Assembly (NCBI GenBank): GCA_963665235.2
Contig: CAXXLX010000002.1
Location: forward strand, 800,001 to 864,000
Length of the DNA stretch: 64,000 nucleotides
Source: Candidatus Poribacteria bacterium
GTDB lineage: Bacteria; Poribacteria; WGA-4E; WGA-3G
Direction of reading: 5' to 3'
Under the pieces are notes generated by a model, which was not told the DNA's origin, did no database searches, and saw nothing but the letters and a program-made list of their open reading frames with translations. Position 1 is the stretch's first letter, and each line of letters starts with the position of its first letter. Below are positions 10,365 through 20,414 of this stretch, one piece after another. Made by a program: the position numbers and the translations under genes.

Positions 10365-10456
10365 ATTATAACAGAAAGTTCCGCAAAAGTCAAATAAAAA
10401 AGAGTGTGTAAAGCATTTCTCTAGGTGTTGACAAAAAAAGCGAAATAGACTAAAAT
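10365..10456. promoter_or_regulatory. Back-to-back sigma-70 promoters
   Basis: Minus strand TTGACT-17-TATAAT (10393-10365); plus strand TTGACA-17-TAAAAT (10428-10456). Confidence 0.7.
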
Positions 10457-10498
10457 ATGTTCAAGATTGAGAGCTACAGCTACAAAAGGGAAAAAATT

Positions 10499-11545
10499 AT
10501 GCGAATCAGAAAAGTTGTCATGAGGAATGAAGCCGGCCGTATCTGGACAGAGGAGCAGGAAACGCCTGCACTGAAACCGGGACAGCTACTAATTGAGGTC
10601 TTCACCTCGATGGTCAGTCCTGGGACGGAGCTGGGGGGTATGAAACGGAGACGCGAGAACCCGGGGTCCGAGGCACACAAACGTCCGTTCGGATATACCA
10701 ACGCAGGGAGAGTCATCGAGACATCGGGAGATTGCGATGAATTTGAGGTCGGGGACAGAGTCGCAGGCATGGGCGGGGGGTACGCGCTGCATGCAACTTA
10801 TGCATGTGTGCCGCATAACCTGTGCGCTAAAATTCCCGATAACGTCAAGGATGAACACGCCGCATCTATTCACCTCGCGGCGACAGCATTGCATGCGGTG
10901 CAACGTGGCCGTATTCGTATCGGTGAAAACGTTGTCGTAGCGGGATTGGGCATCGTTGGGCAGTTTGCCTGCCAGATAGCTAAAGCCGCGGGAGCCTATG
11001 TGCTTGGAATGGACCGATTGCCGTTGCGGCTCGAGATTGCACAAAATGCTGGAATAGACCTCACAATAAATGTCTCTGAAACCGACCCGATTCCGATTGC
11101 AAAGGAATTCACCAGGGGGTATGGCATGGACTGCGGAATTATCGCATTCGGTGGCGATGCTACAAGTGCTTTTCAGCAGATTCGCGCAATGTTAAAAACA
11201 GCACCGGATACACACAAGATGGGCAGGATTGTCATTGTCGGCGGTGCGAGCATTACACACGGTTTCGCAGCAGGACTCGGCAACGTCGACGTTATCAGCG
11301 CAGCACGCACCGGTCCCGGGTACCACGATGAAGCTTATGAACACGGCGCGGAGTATCCACCTGTGTTCGTCCCGTGGCCGACACAACGTAACTTGGAATT
11401 ATCGCTGCGTCTCATGTCGGAAAACAGAATCAAGGTACAACCGTTGATTACGGATATCGTGCCGATTGACCAAGCCACAGAAGGATGCGAAAAACTAATC
11501 CAAACTCCAAACGAGGCGTTAGGGGTTATCTTTTCAATGCAATAA
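10499..11545 (+). CDS. MDR-family alcohol dehydrogenase-like oxidoreductase without catalytic Zn ligands
   Basis: SPGTE and PFGY replace C and GHE; GLGIVG Rossmann motif. Start moved to 10499 because ATG 10457 abuts the -10 box. Confidence 0.85.
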   Translation: MRIRKVVMRNEAGRIWTEEQETPALKPGQLLIEVFTSMVSPGTELGGMKRRRENPGSEAHKRPFGYTNAGRVIETSGDCDEFEVGDRVAGMGGGYALHATYACVPHNLCAKIPDNVKDEHAASIHLAATALHAVQRGRIRIGENVVVAGLGIVGQFACQIAKAAGAYVLGMDRLPLRLEIAQNAGIDLTINVSETDPIPIAKEFTRGYGMDCGIIAFGGDATSAFQQIRAMLKTAPDTHKMGRIVIVGGASITHGFAAGLGNVDVISAARTGPGYHDEAYEHGAEYPPVFVPWPTQRNLELSLRLMSENRIKVQPLITDIVPIDQATEGCEKLIQTPNEALGVIFSMQ

Positions 11546-11548
11546 GAT

Positions 11549-11702
11549 AACCTAAGTTGCCACATAGTAGCATAATCTTCCAGATTGTGCATATTTGTGT
11601 GCAAATTGGAAGTGAACGGGACAAATATTAGCTAATTATCAGCATATTTTCATTAAAGACGGTGTTTCCAGGTCTAAAAACTTATAAGTAGCAACTTGGG
11701 TT
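11549..11702. mobile_element. MITE class F
   Basis: AACCTAAGTTGCCAC...GTAGCAACTTGGGTT terminal inverted repeats with AAGAT duplicated on both flanks. Confidence 0.7.
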
Positions 11703-11713
11703 AAGATACAAAA

Positions 11714-12946
11714 ATGGAAATTAGAGAAGCACAAGAATCGGAATTGGAACAGGTCGTTGAACTTAACTGCATGGCGTTCAATCCGAACCAGCAGGAACGT
11801 TACTGGCAATACGTCCGAGGGGACAGCAGCTATAGACCTTCACAGACGCGGGTAGTCGTTGTAAACAATAAGGTTGTATCAACTTTACGCGTCTGGGAAC
11901 GGCGGATACGGGTTGGTGCATCTCTCGTGACGATGGGGGGCATCGGCGGTGTCTGCACAGATGAAAAGTACCGCGGGGTCGGATATGCCTCCGCGCTTAT
12001 GCGGCAGACAATTGATTATCTACAGCTAATCGGATGTGACCTCGGCGTGCTGTTTACTATCATTCCAGAGGAATTTTACCACAGATTCGGATGGACCTCC
12101 TTGCCACTACACGGTTTCACGATAAAGTTGAACTCGGCAACGATAGCTGAAAGACCATCGGACTGGCAGATTAGGGGTTTCAATTCAGAAACGGATTTAG
12201 ACGTAGTGGCAAAAATCTATGATATTGCTAATGCCCAACGGAGCGGCACTCTCTCGCGCACACGTGCCTATTGGGATATGCAACCTTCCCGTATCCGCGG
12301 TATCCTGCCAACCGTTGTCGCCACCGCCACAGGAGAAGCATCCAACTCCAATATAGGCGGATATCTCACCTATCAGATAGATGAAAAGTGTGCCGAGGTC
12401 CATGAAGTTGGACATCTCCCTGAAAATCCGGATATTTTAGACGCGCTTGTGTGCCACCTTTTACAAACGTGCACAGCAGATGGCGTTGAAGAGATAAAGG
12501 GCATGTTTTCACCGAAACACCCATTTGTAGAACGCCTTATTGTTAGGAGCAACGGAACATTAGGCACAATTACGGATACAGCAATGATGCTCTATGCCGT
12601 AAATTTACCGGTGCTTCTGCGCCGCCTTGTGGTAGGGTGGGAGTCACAAATTGCTGCTGCTGAGGAATCGTTTCCACAACTCGCTGTCAAATTTCCCACT
12701 GTCAACGGTCAACAGGCTGTATTGCATTACAACGGCAACGACACAATCCAAATCGTGGAGAACGCATCGGATGCGGTTCACTTGGAAATAATAATAAGTG
12801 AAGAAGATTTTTGGCAGCTGCTGTTCGGTGAAATAGGGTGGGCACAAGTCAATTCAGAGGACTCGGTGCCCTCGGAGGTCTCTCGATTTTTAGCCACGCT
12901 TTTCCCTAAACGTGATGTAATTTTTTGGTATCCCGACCGGTATTGA
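11714..12946 (+). CDS. Eis-like GNAT acetyltransferase
   Basis: GGIGGVCT..KYRGVGYASALM, FYHRFGW, second GNAT domain, SCP2-like C-terminus. Confidence 0.85.
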   Translation: MEIREAQESELEQVVELNCMAFNPNQQERYWQYVRGDSSYRPSQTRVVVVNNKVVSTLRVWERRIRVGASLVTMGGIGGVCTDEKYRGVGYASALMRQTIDYLQLIGCDLGVLFTIIPEEFYHRFGWTSLPLHGFTIKLNSATIAERPSDWQIRGFNSETDLDVVAKIYDIANAQRSGTLSRTRAYWDMQPSRIRGILPTVVATATGEASNSNIGGYLTYQIDEKCAEVHEVGHLPENPDILDALVCHLLQTCTADGVEEIKGMFSPKHPFVERLIVRSNGTLGTITDTAMMLYAVNLPVLLRRLVVGWESQIAAAEESFPQLAVKFPTVNGQQAVLHYNGNDTIQIVENASDAVHLEIIISEEDFWQLLFGEIGWAQVNSEDSVPSEVSRFLATLFPKRDVIFWYPDRY

Positions 12947-12962
12947 GGCAGAACAGTAAGAC

Positions 12963-13877
12963 ATGGCTAAAACAGACTCGAAACCTAAACGGCAAGGCAC
13001 ACAGACAAGCGCGTTCGGAGTATCCAAGCGGAGCGGCCACGACTCCAGTGAATTTTATGCCGGTAAACTCTACACCGATCAGCAACCCCCCGAACCTGAA
13101 ACGTGGATAGAAAACCCGATTCCCGCTGAAAACCTTGACCAACTCTATTGTGCCTCCAGCACACAGATGAACGCCGTTCCGGATGAAAGTATTCACCTCA
13201 TGGTTACGTCACCACCGTACAACGCCAAAAAGGAATACGACGATGATTTGTCGTTGGACGAGTATAGAGAGCTCCTCCGGGCAGTCTTTACCGAAACCTA
13301 CAAAAAATTGGTTACCGGGGGGCGGGCGTGTATCAATATCGCCAATTTAGGTCGGAAACCGTACATCCCGCTGCATAGCTACATCATAGAGGATATGCTG
13401 AACATAGGCTACTATATGCGGGGTGAAATTATCTGGGATAAAGCCTCAAGTGCAGGGAGTTCTACGGCATGGGGAAGTTGGCTCTCCGCGGCGAACCCGG
13501 TGTTGAGAGATGTCCACGAATATATTCTCGTCTTTTCCAAAGGCTCCTTTCATAGAAAACCGAACGGAAAAGAGAATTCCATTCGCAAAGCCGATTTCTT
13601 AGAATGGACAAAAAGTGTTTGGACGTTTCCCGCTGTTTCAGCCAAACGTATCGGTCACCCCGCCCCCTTTCCTGAAGAGTTGCCGCATCGCTTAATTCAG
13701 CTTTACACCTTCGTGGGGGATGTCGTGTTGGATCCGTTTTGTGGGAGCGGTACGACCTGTTTAAGTGCTGTGAAATCGCAACGACACTACATCGGATACG
13801 ATATTGAGGAGAAATATATCAAATTGGCAAACGAACGGATTAAACAGTACACCGCTCAGCTCCGTTTGCCAATATGA
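12963..13877 (+). CDS. Orphan DNA methyltransferase, N4-C/N6-A, beta class
   Basis: VTSPPYN, HPAPFP, DPFCGSGTT; no adjacent nuclease. Confidence 0.9.
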   Translation: MAKTDSKPKRQGTQTSAFGVSKRSGHDSSEFYAGKLYTDQQPPEPETWIENPIPAENLDQLYCASSTQMNAVPDESIHLMVTSPPYNAKKEYDDDLSLDEYRELLRAVFTETYKKLVTGGRACINIANLGRKPYIPLHSYIIEDMLNIGYYMRGEIIWDKASSAGSSTAWGSWLSAANPVLRDVHEYILVFSKGSFHRKPNGKENSIRKADFLEWTKSVWTFPAVSAKRIGHPAPFPEELPHRLIQLYTFVGDVVLDPFCGSGTTCLSAVKSQRHYIGYDIEEKYIKLANERIKQYTAQLRLPI

Positions 13878-13895
13878 TTACGGCTACCACACCTG

Positions 13896-16214
13896 CTACG
13901 TCGAAAGTGTATACGTCTTTCCTGCTGCCGTGTCGAACGTCACAACTGAATCCGATACGGCTGCTTTAACCGGTTGCTCCTCACATGCCACCGAAACGGT
14001 GCTCGATGTTCGGACAGTACAGTCTCTACCGAGTGCGGAACGGATTTTCGCCTCGGTGAGTTTTCCGTTTTCCCACGTCATATCCACTTCAAACCCGCCG
14101 CGGGCACGCAACCCTTTGACGTATCCTGTGTCCCATGCCTTCGGAAGGGCAGGCAGTAGGTTAATTTCACCTGCATGGCTCTGTAGCAACATTTCAGCGA
14201 TACCAGAGGTTCCACCGAAATTGCCATCAATCTGGAACGGTGGATGTGTATCAAAGAGGTTAGTCAGGGTACACTTGGCGAGAAGTGCTTGGAGATGGGT
14301 GTATGCTCCTTCAGCATCCTCAAACCTTGCGAAAAAGTTGATAAGCCATGCCCGACTCCATCCTGTCTGTCCACCGCCGTGTTGCAACCGATATTCCAGC
14401 GATTTTTTCGCTGCGGCTGCTAATTCTGGTGTGCCGCGCAAGGTAATTTGGCAACTCGGGTGGAGCCCATACATGTGCGACATGTGTCGATGCCCGGGTT
14501 CCGGTTCGTCGTAATCGAACACCCATTCCTGCAACCGTCCTGTCTTTTCGCTGATTTGGAGCGGGGCGAGCCGTTCGAGGGCGGAGGCCAACTCTGCCCG
14601 GAGGTCCGCATCTCCGCCGAGGATATCAATAGCAGCGATGCAATTGGTAAAAAGCTCGTGGATAATCTCCAAGTCCATCGTTGCAGCGTAGGTAAAAAGG
14701 GAACGGTTGCCATCAGGTTTCAGGAAACTGTTTTCAGGTGAGTGAGAGGGGTTCGTCACGAGTGTTCCTGCAAGCGGTGTGCCTTCCGGTGCCTCGACGA
14801 GAAAATCGAGGATAAAACGGGCTGCCCCCTTCATCAACGGATAGGCTTGTCTCTTCAGGTATTCCACATCTTCTCCGAAAAGGTAGTGTTCCCACACGTG
14901 TTCACATAACCATGCGGCCCCCATGGGCCAGACACCCCACACCCCATCCGCGGGTGTGGTAAACCCCCAGATATCGGTAAGATGATGGACGACCCATCCC
15001 TCAGCACCGTAATGAATTTTCGCTGTCCGATTTCCGGGTTCAACGAGCGATTCCATTAGGTCAAACAGCGGCGTATGGCACTCTGGCAGGTTACAAATTT
15101 CGGGCACCCAGTAGTTCATCTGGACATTGATATTGGTGTGGTAATCACTGTTCCAGGGGGCGTTCATGTGTTCGTTCCATACGCCTTGAAGATTAGCGGG
15201 GAGACATCCAGGGCGTGAGCTTCCCATCAATAGATAACGTCCGTATTGAAAGTAAAGAGCGACAAGCCCGGCATCTGACGCGCCCTCCTTGACAGCAGCT
15301 AAACGTTCGTCGGTTGGAAGATTTTCCGCTTCAGTTGAACCGAGATTTAAATCAACCCTTCTGAAAAGGGATTGATGTTCAGCGATGTGCTCTGTCCGAA
15401 TGTCCTGATAGGATTTGCCATCGACGGCTGACAGATACGTTTCGCAACGTTCGTGTGGATTGGCACTTGCATCTGTCTGGTTGATGTAGCTTGTCGCAGC
15501 GGCGATGAAGAGTGTCACAGCATCAGCATCGCTCACAGAGATGCCGTCGTTTTTCGCTTGCGAAGTGCCCCCTTCAACGTTCACCTGTAAATATGCTGCA
15601 AAACGTAGCACCCCATCATTGCCACACTGGCCGTCGAGACGTAGTAAATTGTTATCTATCGCTTCAACGGTGGCATCCTGTTCGCGTGTCATCGTTATAT
15701 CAAAATTGAGTTTTCCCGGTGGTTCGCTTTCAACCCTAACAACGATAAGATTGTCCACTGCTGTAGCAAAGACCTCTCTGCTGAAATTAAGCTCCCCTTG
15801 TTGGTAAGTTGTGTTTGCGATACCGGTATCCAAATCCAATTCTCGGCGATATGCTGTCACTTCAGCGTCGTTCGAAAAATCGAGGAACAGATTGCCTAGG
15901 GACTGGTAGGATTTGATCCGTTTCTCTATTCCGTGCAACATTTCGCTTGCGAGTTGGGTTGCCTCTTCGTTTTTATCGTCAAAGAGCAGTTGTCGCACCT
16001 TCGGGAGTGCTTCCAAAGCCTTTGGACTATTGTTATCATTATCGCCGATGCGAGGGCCGCCATCCCAAAGTGTTTCTTCGTTGAGTTGGATGCGTTCGCG
16101 TTCCACGCCGCCGAACACCATTGCGCCGAGCCGTCCGTTTCCGACAGGCAGCGCGTCTGTCCACGCCCCGGCTGGTTTGTTATACCATAAGGTAAATTTT
16201 TTATCATTTTTCAT
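13896..16214 (-). CDS. GH95 alpha-L-fucosidase
   Basis: [59 protein letters not shown]. Confidence 0.93.
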   Translation of the reverse strand: MKNDKKFTLWYNKPAGAWTDALPVGNGRLGAMVFGGVERERIQLNEETLWDGGPRIGDNDNNSPKALEALPKVRQLLFDDKNEEATQLASEMLHGIEKRIKSYQSLGNLFLDFSNDAEVTAYRRELDLDTGIANTTYQQGELNFSREVFATAVDNLIVVRVESEPPGKLNFDITMTREQDATVEAIDNNLLRLDGQCGNDGVLRFAAYLQVNVEGGTSQAKNDGISVSDADAVTLFIAAATSYINQTDASANPHERCETYLSAVDGKSYQDIRTEHIAEHQSLFRRVDLNLGSTEAENLPTDERLAAVKEGASDAGLVALYFQYGRYLLMGSSRPGCLPANLQGVWNEHMNAPWNSDYHTNINVQMNYWVPEICNLPECHTPLFDLMESLVEPGNRTAKIHYGAEGWVVHHLTDIWGFTTPADGVWGVWPMGAAWLCEHVWEHYLFGEDVEYLKRQAYPLMKGAARFILDFLVEAPEGTPLAGTLVTNPSHSPENSFLKPDGNRSLFTYAATMDLEIIHELFTNCIAAIDILGGDADLRAELASALERLAPLQISEKTGRLQEWVFDYDEPEPGHRHMSHMYGLHPSCQITLRGTPELAAAAKKSLEYRLQHGGGQTGWSRAWLINFFARFEDAEGAYTHLQALLAKCTLTNLFDTHPPFQIDGNFGGTSGIAEMLLQSHAGEINLLPALPKAWDTGYVKGLRARGGFEVDMTWENGKLTEAKIRSALGRDCTVRTSSTVSVACEEQPVKAAVSDSVVTFDTAAGKTYTLST

Positions 16215-16278
16215 CAGTTAATGCCTCTCTTGTAATTACATTTATATCCACAAATGAATCAAAACAGGTTATGTAAGA

Positions 16279-17649
16279 TTAAGATTTAAAACGTACATCC
16301 CAAGCACATCGAAACCCGATATTTGCGGTAAACCTTGCTGAGTACTGAGAGAAGAGCGTGGTGAGAAAAGGCGAACCTCCATGGCGTGCAGCAATTTGAT
16401 TAGGTTTTGACGAAGTAAAATACGAACCACCTCGCAATACGCGATTATTTGTAATCTCCCAGAAGTCCGAAATTAATATGTCAAAATCCTCTTTCGAGTT
16501 TACACCCGCAATTGGATTCTGTAGCGGTGAATTTCCATAAAAAGCGATTTGATACGCATCAAGACACCACTCCCATACGTTTCCTACTATATCATGCAAA
16601 CCGTAATTGTTTGCTGGATATTTTCCGACAGATATAGTTTCACCAGCATTCTCACCACAATGCGCTTTGTCTGAATTCAAAGCGTCGCCCCATGGGTATT
16701 TTTGGCCTGTTAAGCCCCCCCGTGCTGCTTTTTCCCATTCCGCTTCTGACAGTAAACGTTTACCGCTCCATTTTGCATACGCCATCGCCGCATACCAACT
16801 GACATGAGTCACAGGATGGTCCCCTTTTCCAGCCGGAAAGTTGTTCCTATTCCAATGTTTTAGATAGTTTCCATCGTGGTATCTTCCAAGTCCAAGGATA
16901 GATAACCTCTTTTTTGCCTTATTCCACGCGTCCCGTTCCGATAGCTTCCGCCATTTGGGATTAGCCTCAATGAACATCTTATATTGTGCATTCGTCACCG
17001 GATATTTATCCACACAGAACGCATCAACGTAGACTGCATGCTCTCGATTTTCACGGGTATTCCACCATTCTTGGCTTCCCATTTGAAACTCGCCCGCTGG
17101 GATGAGCACCATATCTTCTGGGACTGAGACGCTTAAGGATGTTTGTTCGGAGGTGGAAGATTCCTCGGTTTCAGGTGTAGTCAATTCCTCTACCGAGATA
17201 GGCTCGGTCGGTTGTGGTATTTTAGTTTGTAGTGCTGCGATATGTTCCACCCGTTTTTGTGGGTCTTTCAACGTATCCCGTGCTTGATTTAGAACGGTTC
17301 GCCACTGTTCCTGCGTCCTACCGTCCGGACGCGGAAGTCCGCCCGCCTGCAACGAGGCACTATACTGCTTTTTATGTGCTTCATCAATGCGGGTCAAGAT
17401 GAAGGTTTCATCCCGATTTTCAAATTCATCTACCGAAAACCCAAGCACTTCAAAATAGTTTACACTTTCCCCCACAATTAGTCCTGAGGCTTTCAGAATC
17501 TCATCCGCTTCCGCTGCGGAGAGCCCAAACTGCTGCACCGCTTGCTGGAGAAGCCCGATGCGCTGTTCGTCGGTAATCGTTTTTGATAACGTTTTGAGTG
17601 TGTTGACAACTCTAATGAATTCGTCGTGGCTATCGGTATGTTGGTTCAT
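16279..17649 (-). CDS. Helical domain + J-like domain + FGE-sulfatase (CLec-fold) protein, paralogue 3
   Basis: NYFEVLGF...PRPDG...LNQARDTLKDPQKR; FGE motifs IPAGEFQMGS, VTNAQY, EAEWEKAARGG, GNVWEW, RVLRGGS, GFRC. Confidence 0.85.
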   Translation of the reverse strand: MNQHTDSHDEFIRVVNTLKTLSKTITDEQRIGLLQQAVQQFGLSAAEADEILKASGLIVGESVNYFEVLGFSVDEFENRDETFILTRIDEAHKKQYSASLQAGGLPRPDGRTQEQWRTVLNQARDTLKDPQKRVEHIAALQTKIPQPTEPISVEELTTPETEESSTSEQTSLSVSVPEDMVLIPAGEFQMGSQEWWNTRENREHAVYVDAFCVDKYPVTNAQYKMFIEANPKWRKLSERDAWNKAKKRLSILGLGRYHDGNYLKHWNRNNFPAGKGDHPVTHVSWYAAMAYAKWSGKRLLSEAEWEKAARGGLTGQKYPWGDALNSDKAHCGENAGETISVGKYPANNYGLHDIVGNVWEWCLDAYQIAFYGNSPLQNPIAGVNSKEDFDILISDFWEITNNRVLRGGSYFTSSKPNQIAARHGGSPFLTTLFSQYSARFTANIGFRCAWDVRFKS

Positions 17650-17692
17650 GTTTTCCGTTCTCTAAATTCTGTTTTTTTCGGGCATCTGCGGA

Positions 17693-18310
17693 TTACCATA
17701 GAGGGGATTCAGCTAGGCGAGACTGGTTAATAGTTGCGTTTAATTCGTAGCGTTCAGCAACTGACTCGACAAGCTCCAGTAACCATCGGTATGTTGGTTC
17801 ATGTTTTCCGTTCTCTAAATTCTGTTAGGTTTTTTCGCTCTCACTTCTCGCTCATGCAAAACTCCTTCGCTTGTGCAGATAGGGAGATAATGTGTCTACT
17901 TCAGGTATTTGATCGCCATCGTAGTCAAGATATTGAACCCTTCCGATATGAAATTGCTCGTTGGTTCCGAGACTTTTTACAAAAGACTCAAAGCGAGTTT
18001 TAATTGCAATACCTCCTTGGGTGCTAGAGTACAATTTCCACATCGCCTCTGATTCGTGTGTGCTTTCGTGCCAACAACTAATCAACGTAAAACGCGGTAA
18101 TTGCTGCATCACGGGGGCATACATATTGCTTTCTTCATCACGGAACGAATCTATGTTTCTCCTAGGTAATGAGCCCTCAAAAGGGTCCCCCAATTTGTCC
18201 GCCCTTGCGAAAAATAGGGCACCATTTTCCAAAATTGAGACAAATTTTGTGAAATCCATGTACCTCCACAAAATTGCGTCTGTGTGAGGGAGGTTGTGAA
18301 CACAAAACAT
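17693..18310 (-). pseudogene. DUF2971-like protein, disrupted
   Basis: LWRYMDF...DPFEG...ISCWH...AMWKLY...HKRRSF, then a frameshift at (H)EREVR. The middle is replaced by a copy of the downstream gene start; the tail WLLELVESVAERY...SPLW* survives at 17693-17785. Confidence 0.7.
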
Positions 18311-18515
18311 AAATAAAAATTCCGGTACTAGTTGACGTGCGGGTTTTGCCCAATCTGAGCATTTGTTAGTGTAACAGATTCTATGCAATAAGACTTCTAC
18401 TTCGTGCCCTGCGGCATATAAGGTTGTCGCTCGAGACTTCTTATCCTTGTCAATTTCTAAGATCTACTCAGGACCAGGTGAGATGTTTACGCGTTCCGCT
18501 ACGTGCACAGGCAGT

Positions 18516-18947
18516 TCACTTAGATGATACATTTCGCTTCCGTCCAGTTGGAACTGTTGCCCAATTAGCGTGTCCCCTATAGACCATGACCGCATTAATG
18601 AAGAAATGGGTTGGGTAACGCCAGACATAGGCGACGACTCTTTCATCAGAAATCTCAATCGGCAGGAGCGTCACCCGTTTGCCCTCTATGAGCTCCTTCA
18701 AATATCTAGCGGCTTTTTCGTCTTCGGGGGTGCCTTTTTCCGGGGGGATTATATTCGCTAAACGCACCTTTTCGAACCCCCTTAGTTTTTCCATCCGTTG
18801 TATAGGAGTTTCGGGCAGAAGTGGAAGCATTTTAATGTGTTCAAGAAAACTGCGGTTTTCTTGACTGGAAAATCGCATAACAGTTTCGGTAGGACTCACC
18901 TCAAAAGTATCGCCATCAATGACTTTTTCTACATTATACACATACAT
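18516..18947 (-). CDS. Thermonuclease (SNase-like) family protein, degenerate
   Basis: VEKVIDGDTF, VRLANIIPPE, RVVAYVW, INAVMVYRGHA. Confidence 0.7.
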   Translation of the reverse strand: MYVYNVEKVIDGDTFEVSPTETVMRFSSQENRSFLEHIKMLPLLPETPIQRMEKLRGFEKVRLANIIPPEKGTPEDEKAARYLKELIEGKRVTLLPIEISDERVVAYVWRYPTHFFINAVMVYRGHANWATVPTGRKRNVSSK

Positions 18948-19066
18948 TTTTTTCTCCTCCAGTGTGTTTTAGCTGATAACTGAACAATCGAATTGTAGCA
19001 CAAACCTGCAAAAAAGGCAAACAGAAAAGAGGGGTATAAAATTTTATCAGGAGTTCGGACAGCATC

Positions 19067-20380
19067 TTAAGAGGTGACTGCCCTGACACATCGGAAGCCA
19101 TAGCTGTAATATGTGAAATTGGGGGGAGCCCAACCGCAATAGGCGACTTGCGCGGCACGCTCGCTACTTGCCCAAGACCCCCCACGCAGTACACGAAACG
19201 TTGCAATATGCAAAAAATTGGTTGTGATTTCATCAATGCTGTCAACCATTAAACCGGGGTGTCGACGTGGGGTATTACCATCATGTTCATCAAGACACCA
19301 TTCCCACACATTACCCGCCATATCATACACGCCATAGTCGTTAGGTGGATACTTGCCAACGGGGGTTGTTCTTCCGAGCTGCATGCCGTAATTCGCAAGG
19401 TTTATATCAATTCCATCGCCCCATGGATATATTTTCCCTACTAATCCGCCACGTGCCGCTTTTTCCCATTCCGCTTCAGTTGGCAACCGTTTATTTGTCC
19501 ATTGTGCGTAAGCCATGGCGGCATACCAACTCACATTTACAACCGGATAATCTGCTTTCCCTCTAGGCGGAGTATTGCCATTCCAAGTATTTAAGTAGTT
19601 CCCATCGTGGTAATCTTTAACGATTGTATTTTTCTGCCACTGAGGATTAGCCTCTATAAACGCCTTATATTGTGCATTGGTCACCGGATATTTATCAATC
19701 AAAAATGCATCCATGAAAATTGTTTGTGCGGGCATTTCGCTCGTATTTTCCGCTTTGTCCTGCTCACCCATCTGAAACTCACCGGCAGGAATGAACACCA
19801 TACTATCAGGGACATCGAGATTGGGTGGAACTGATACCGGGTCGGTATTTGAAAGGGGTAATACGGAGATAGTTTCGTGTGTACTTTCTGGCGTTGGCTC
19901 TGCGTTCTCAAGCTCGATTTCGGGGGAAGGCAGGTCAGTCACGGATATCTCTAATGTATCTGCGTCGCTCAGGAATGTCTCCATATATTCTCGCCGCTTT
20001 TGTGTATCTACTAAAGTATCCCGCGCTTGATTTAAAACAGTTCGCCACTGTTCTTCTGTTTTACCATCGGGACGCACGCGCGCACCGGCACCCAACGATG
20101 CCCTATAGCACTTATCGTGAGCAGACTTAACAACGCTTACGATTGCTTGCTCATCTAAACCTTGGATATTTTCTATTGAAAGGTCCAGTACCTCAAAATA
20201 GTTTATCTCCTCCCCGACTACCAAACCGAGAGACTTCAGAATCTCTGTGGCTTCTTCAACAGCCAGCTCGTAATTCTGGACTGCCTGTCTCAGCAACCCA
20301 CGCCGTTGAATATCTGTAATAGTCGGTGATACATTTTTGAAGGTATTAAGGAGTTCAATAAATTCATCACGTTTGGACAT
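19067..20380 (-). CDS. Helical domain + J-like domain + FGE-sulfatase protein, paralogue 2
   Basis: NYFEVLDL...VRPDG...LNQARDTLVDTQKR; full FGE-fold motifs. Confidence 0.85.
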   Translation of the reverse strand: MSKRDEFIELLNTFKNVSPTITDIQRRGLLRQAVQNYELAVEEATEILKSLGLVVGEEINYFEVLDLSIENIQGLDEQAIVSVVKSAHDKCYRASLGAGARVRPDGKTEEQWRTVLNQARDTLVDTQKRREYMETFLSDADTLEISVTDLPSPEIELENAEPTPESTHETISVLPLSNTDPVSVPPNLDVPDSMVFIPAGEFQMGEQDKAENTSEMPAQTIFMDAFLIDKYPVTNAQYKAFIEANPQWQKNTIVKDYHDGNYLNTWNGNTPPRGKADYPVVNVSWYAAMAYAQWTNKRLPTEAEWEKAARGGLVGKIYPWGDGIDINLANYGMQLGRTTPVGKYPPNDYGVYDMAGNVWEWCLDEHDGNTPRRHPGLMVDSIDEITTNFLHIATFRVLRGGSWASSERAAQVAYCGWAPPNFTYYSYGFRCVRAVTS

Positions 20381-20414
20381 ATCTCATTTCACTTTAAAAA
20401 ATGTGACAAAACCT

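Noticed and set aside
13804-14514. 236-aa plus-strand ORF and similar antisense ORFs (46437-47060, 60892-61446)
   Set aside because: They are shadows of well-supported genes on the opposite strand
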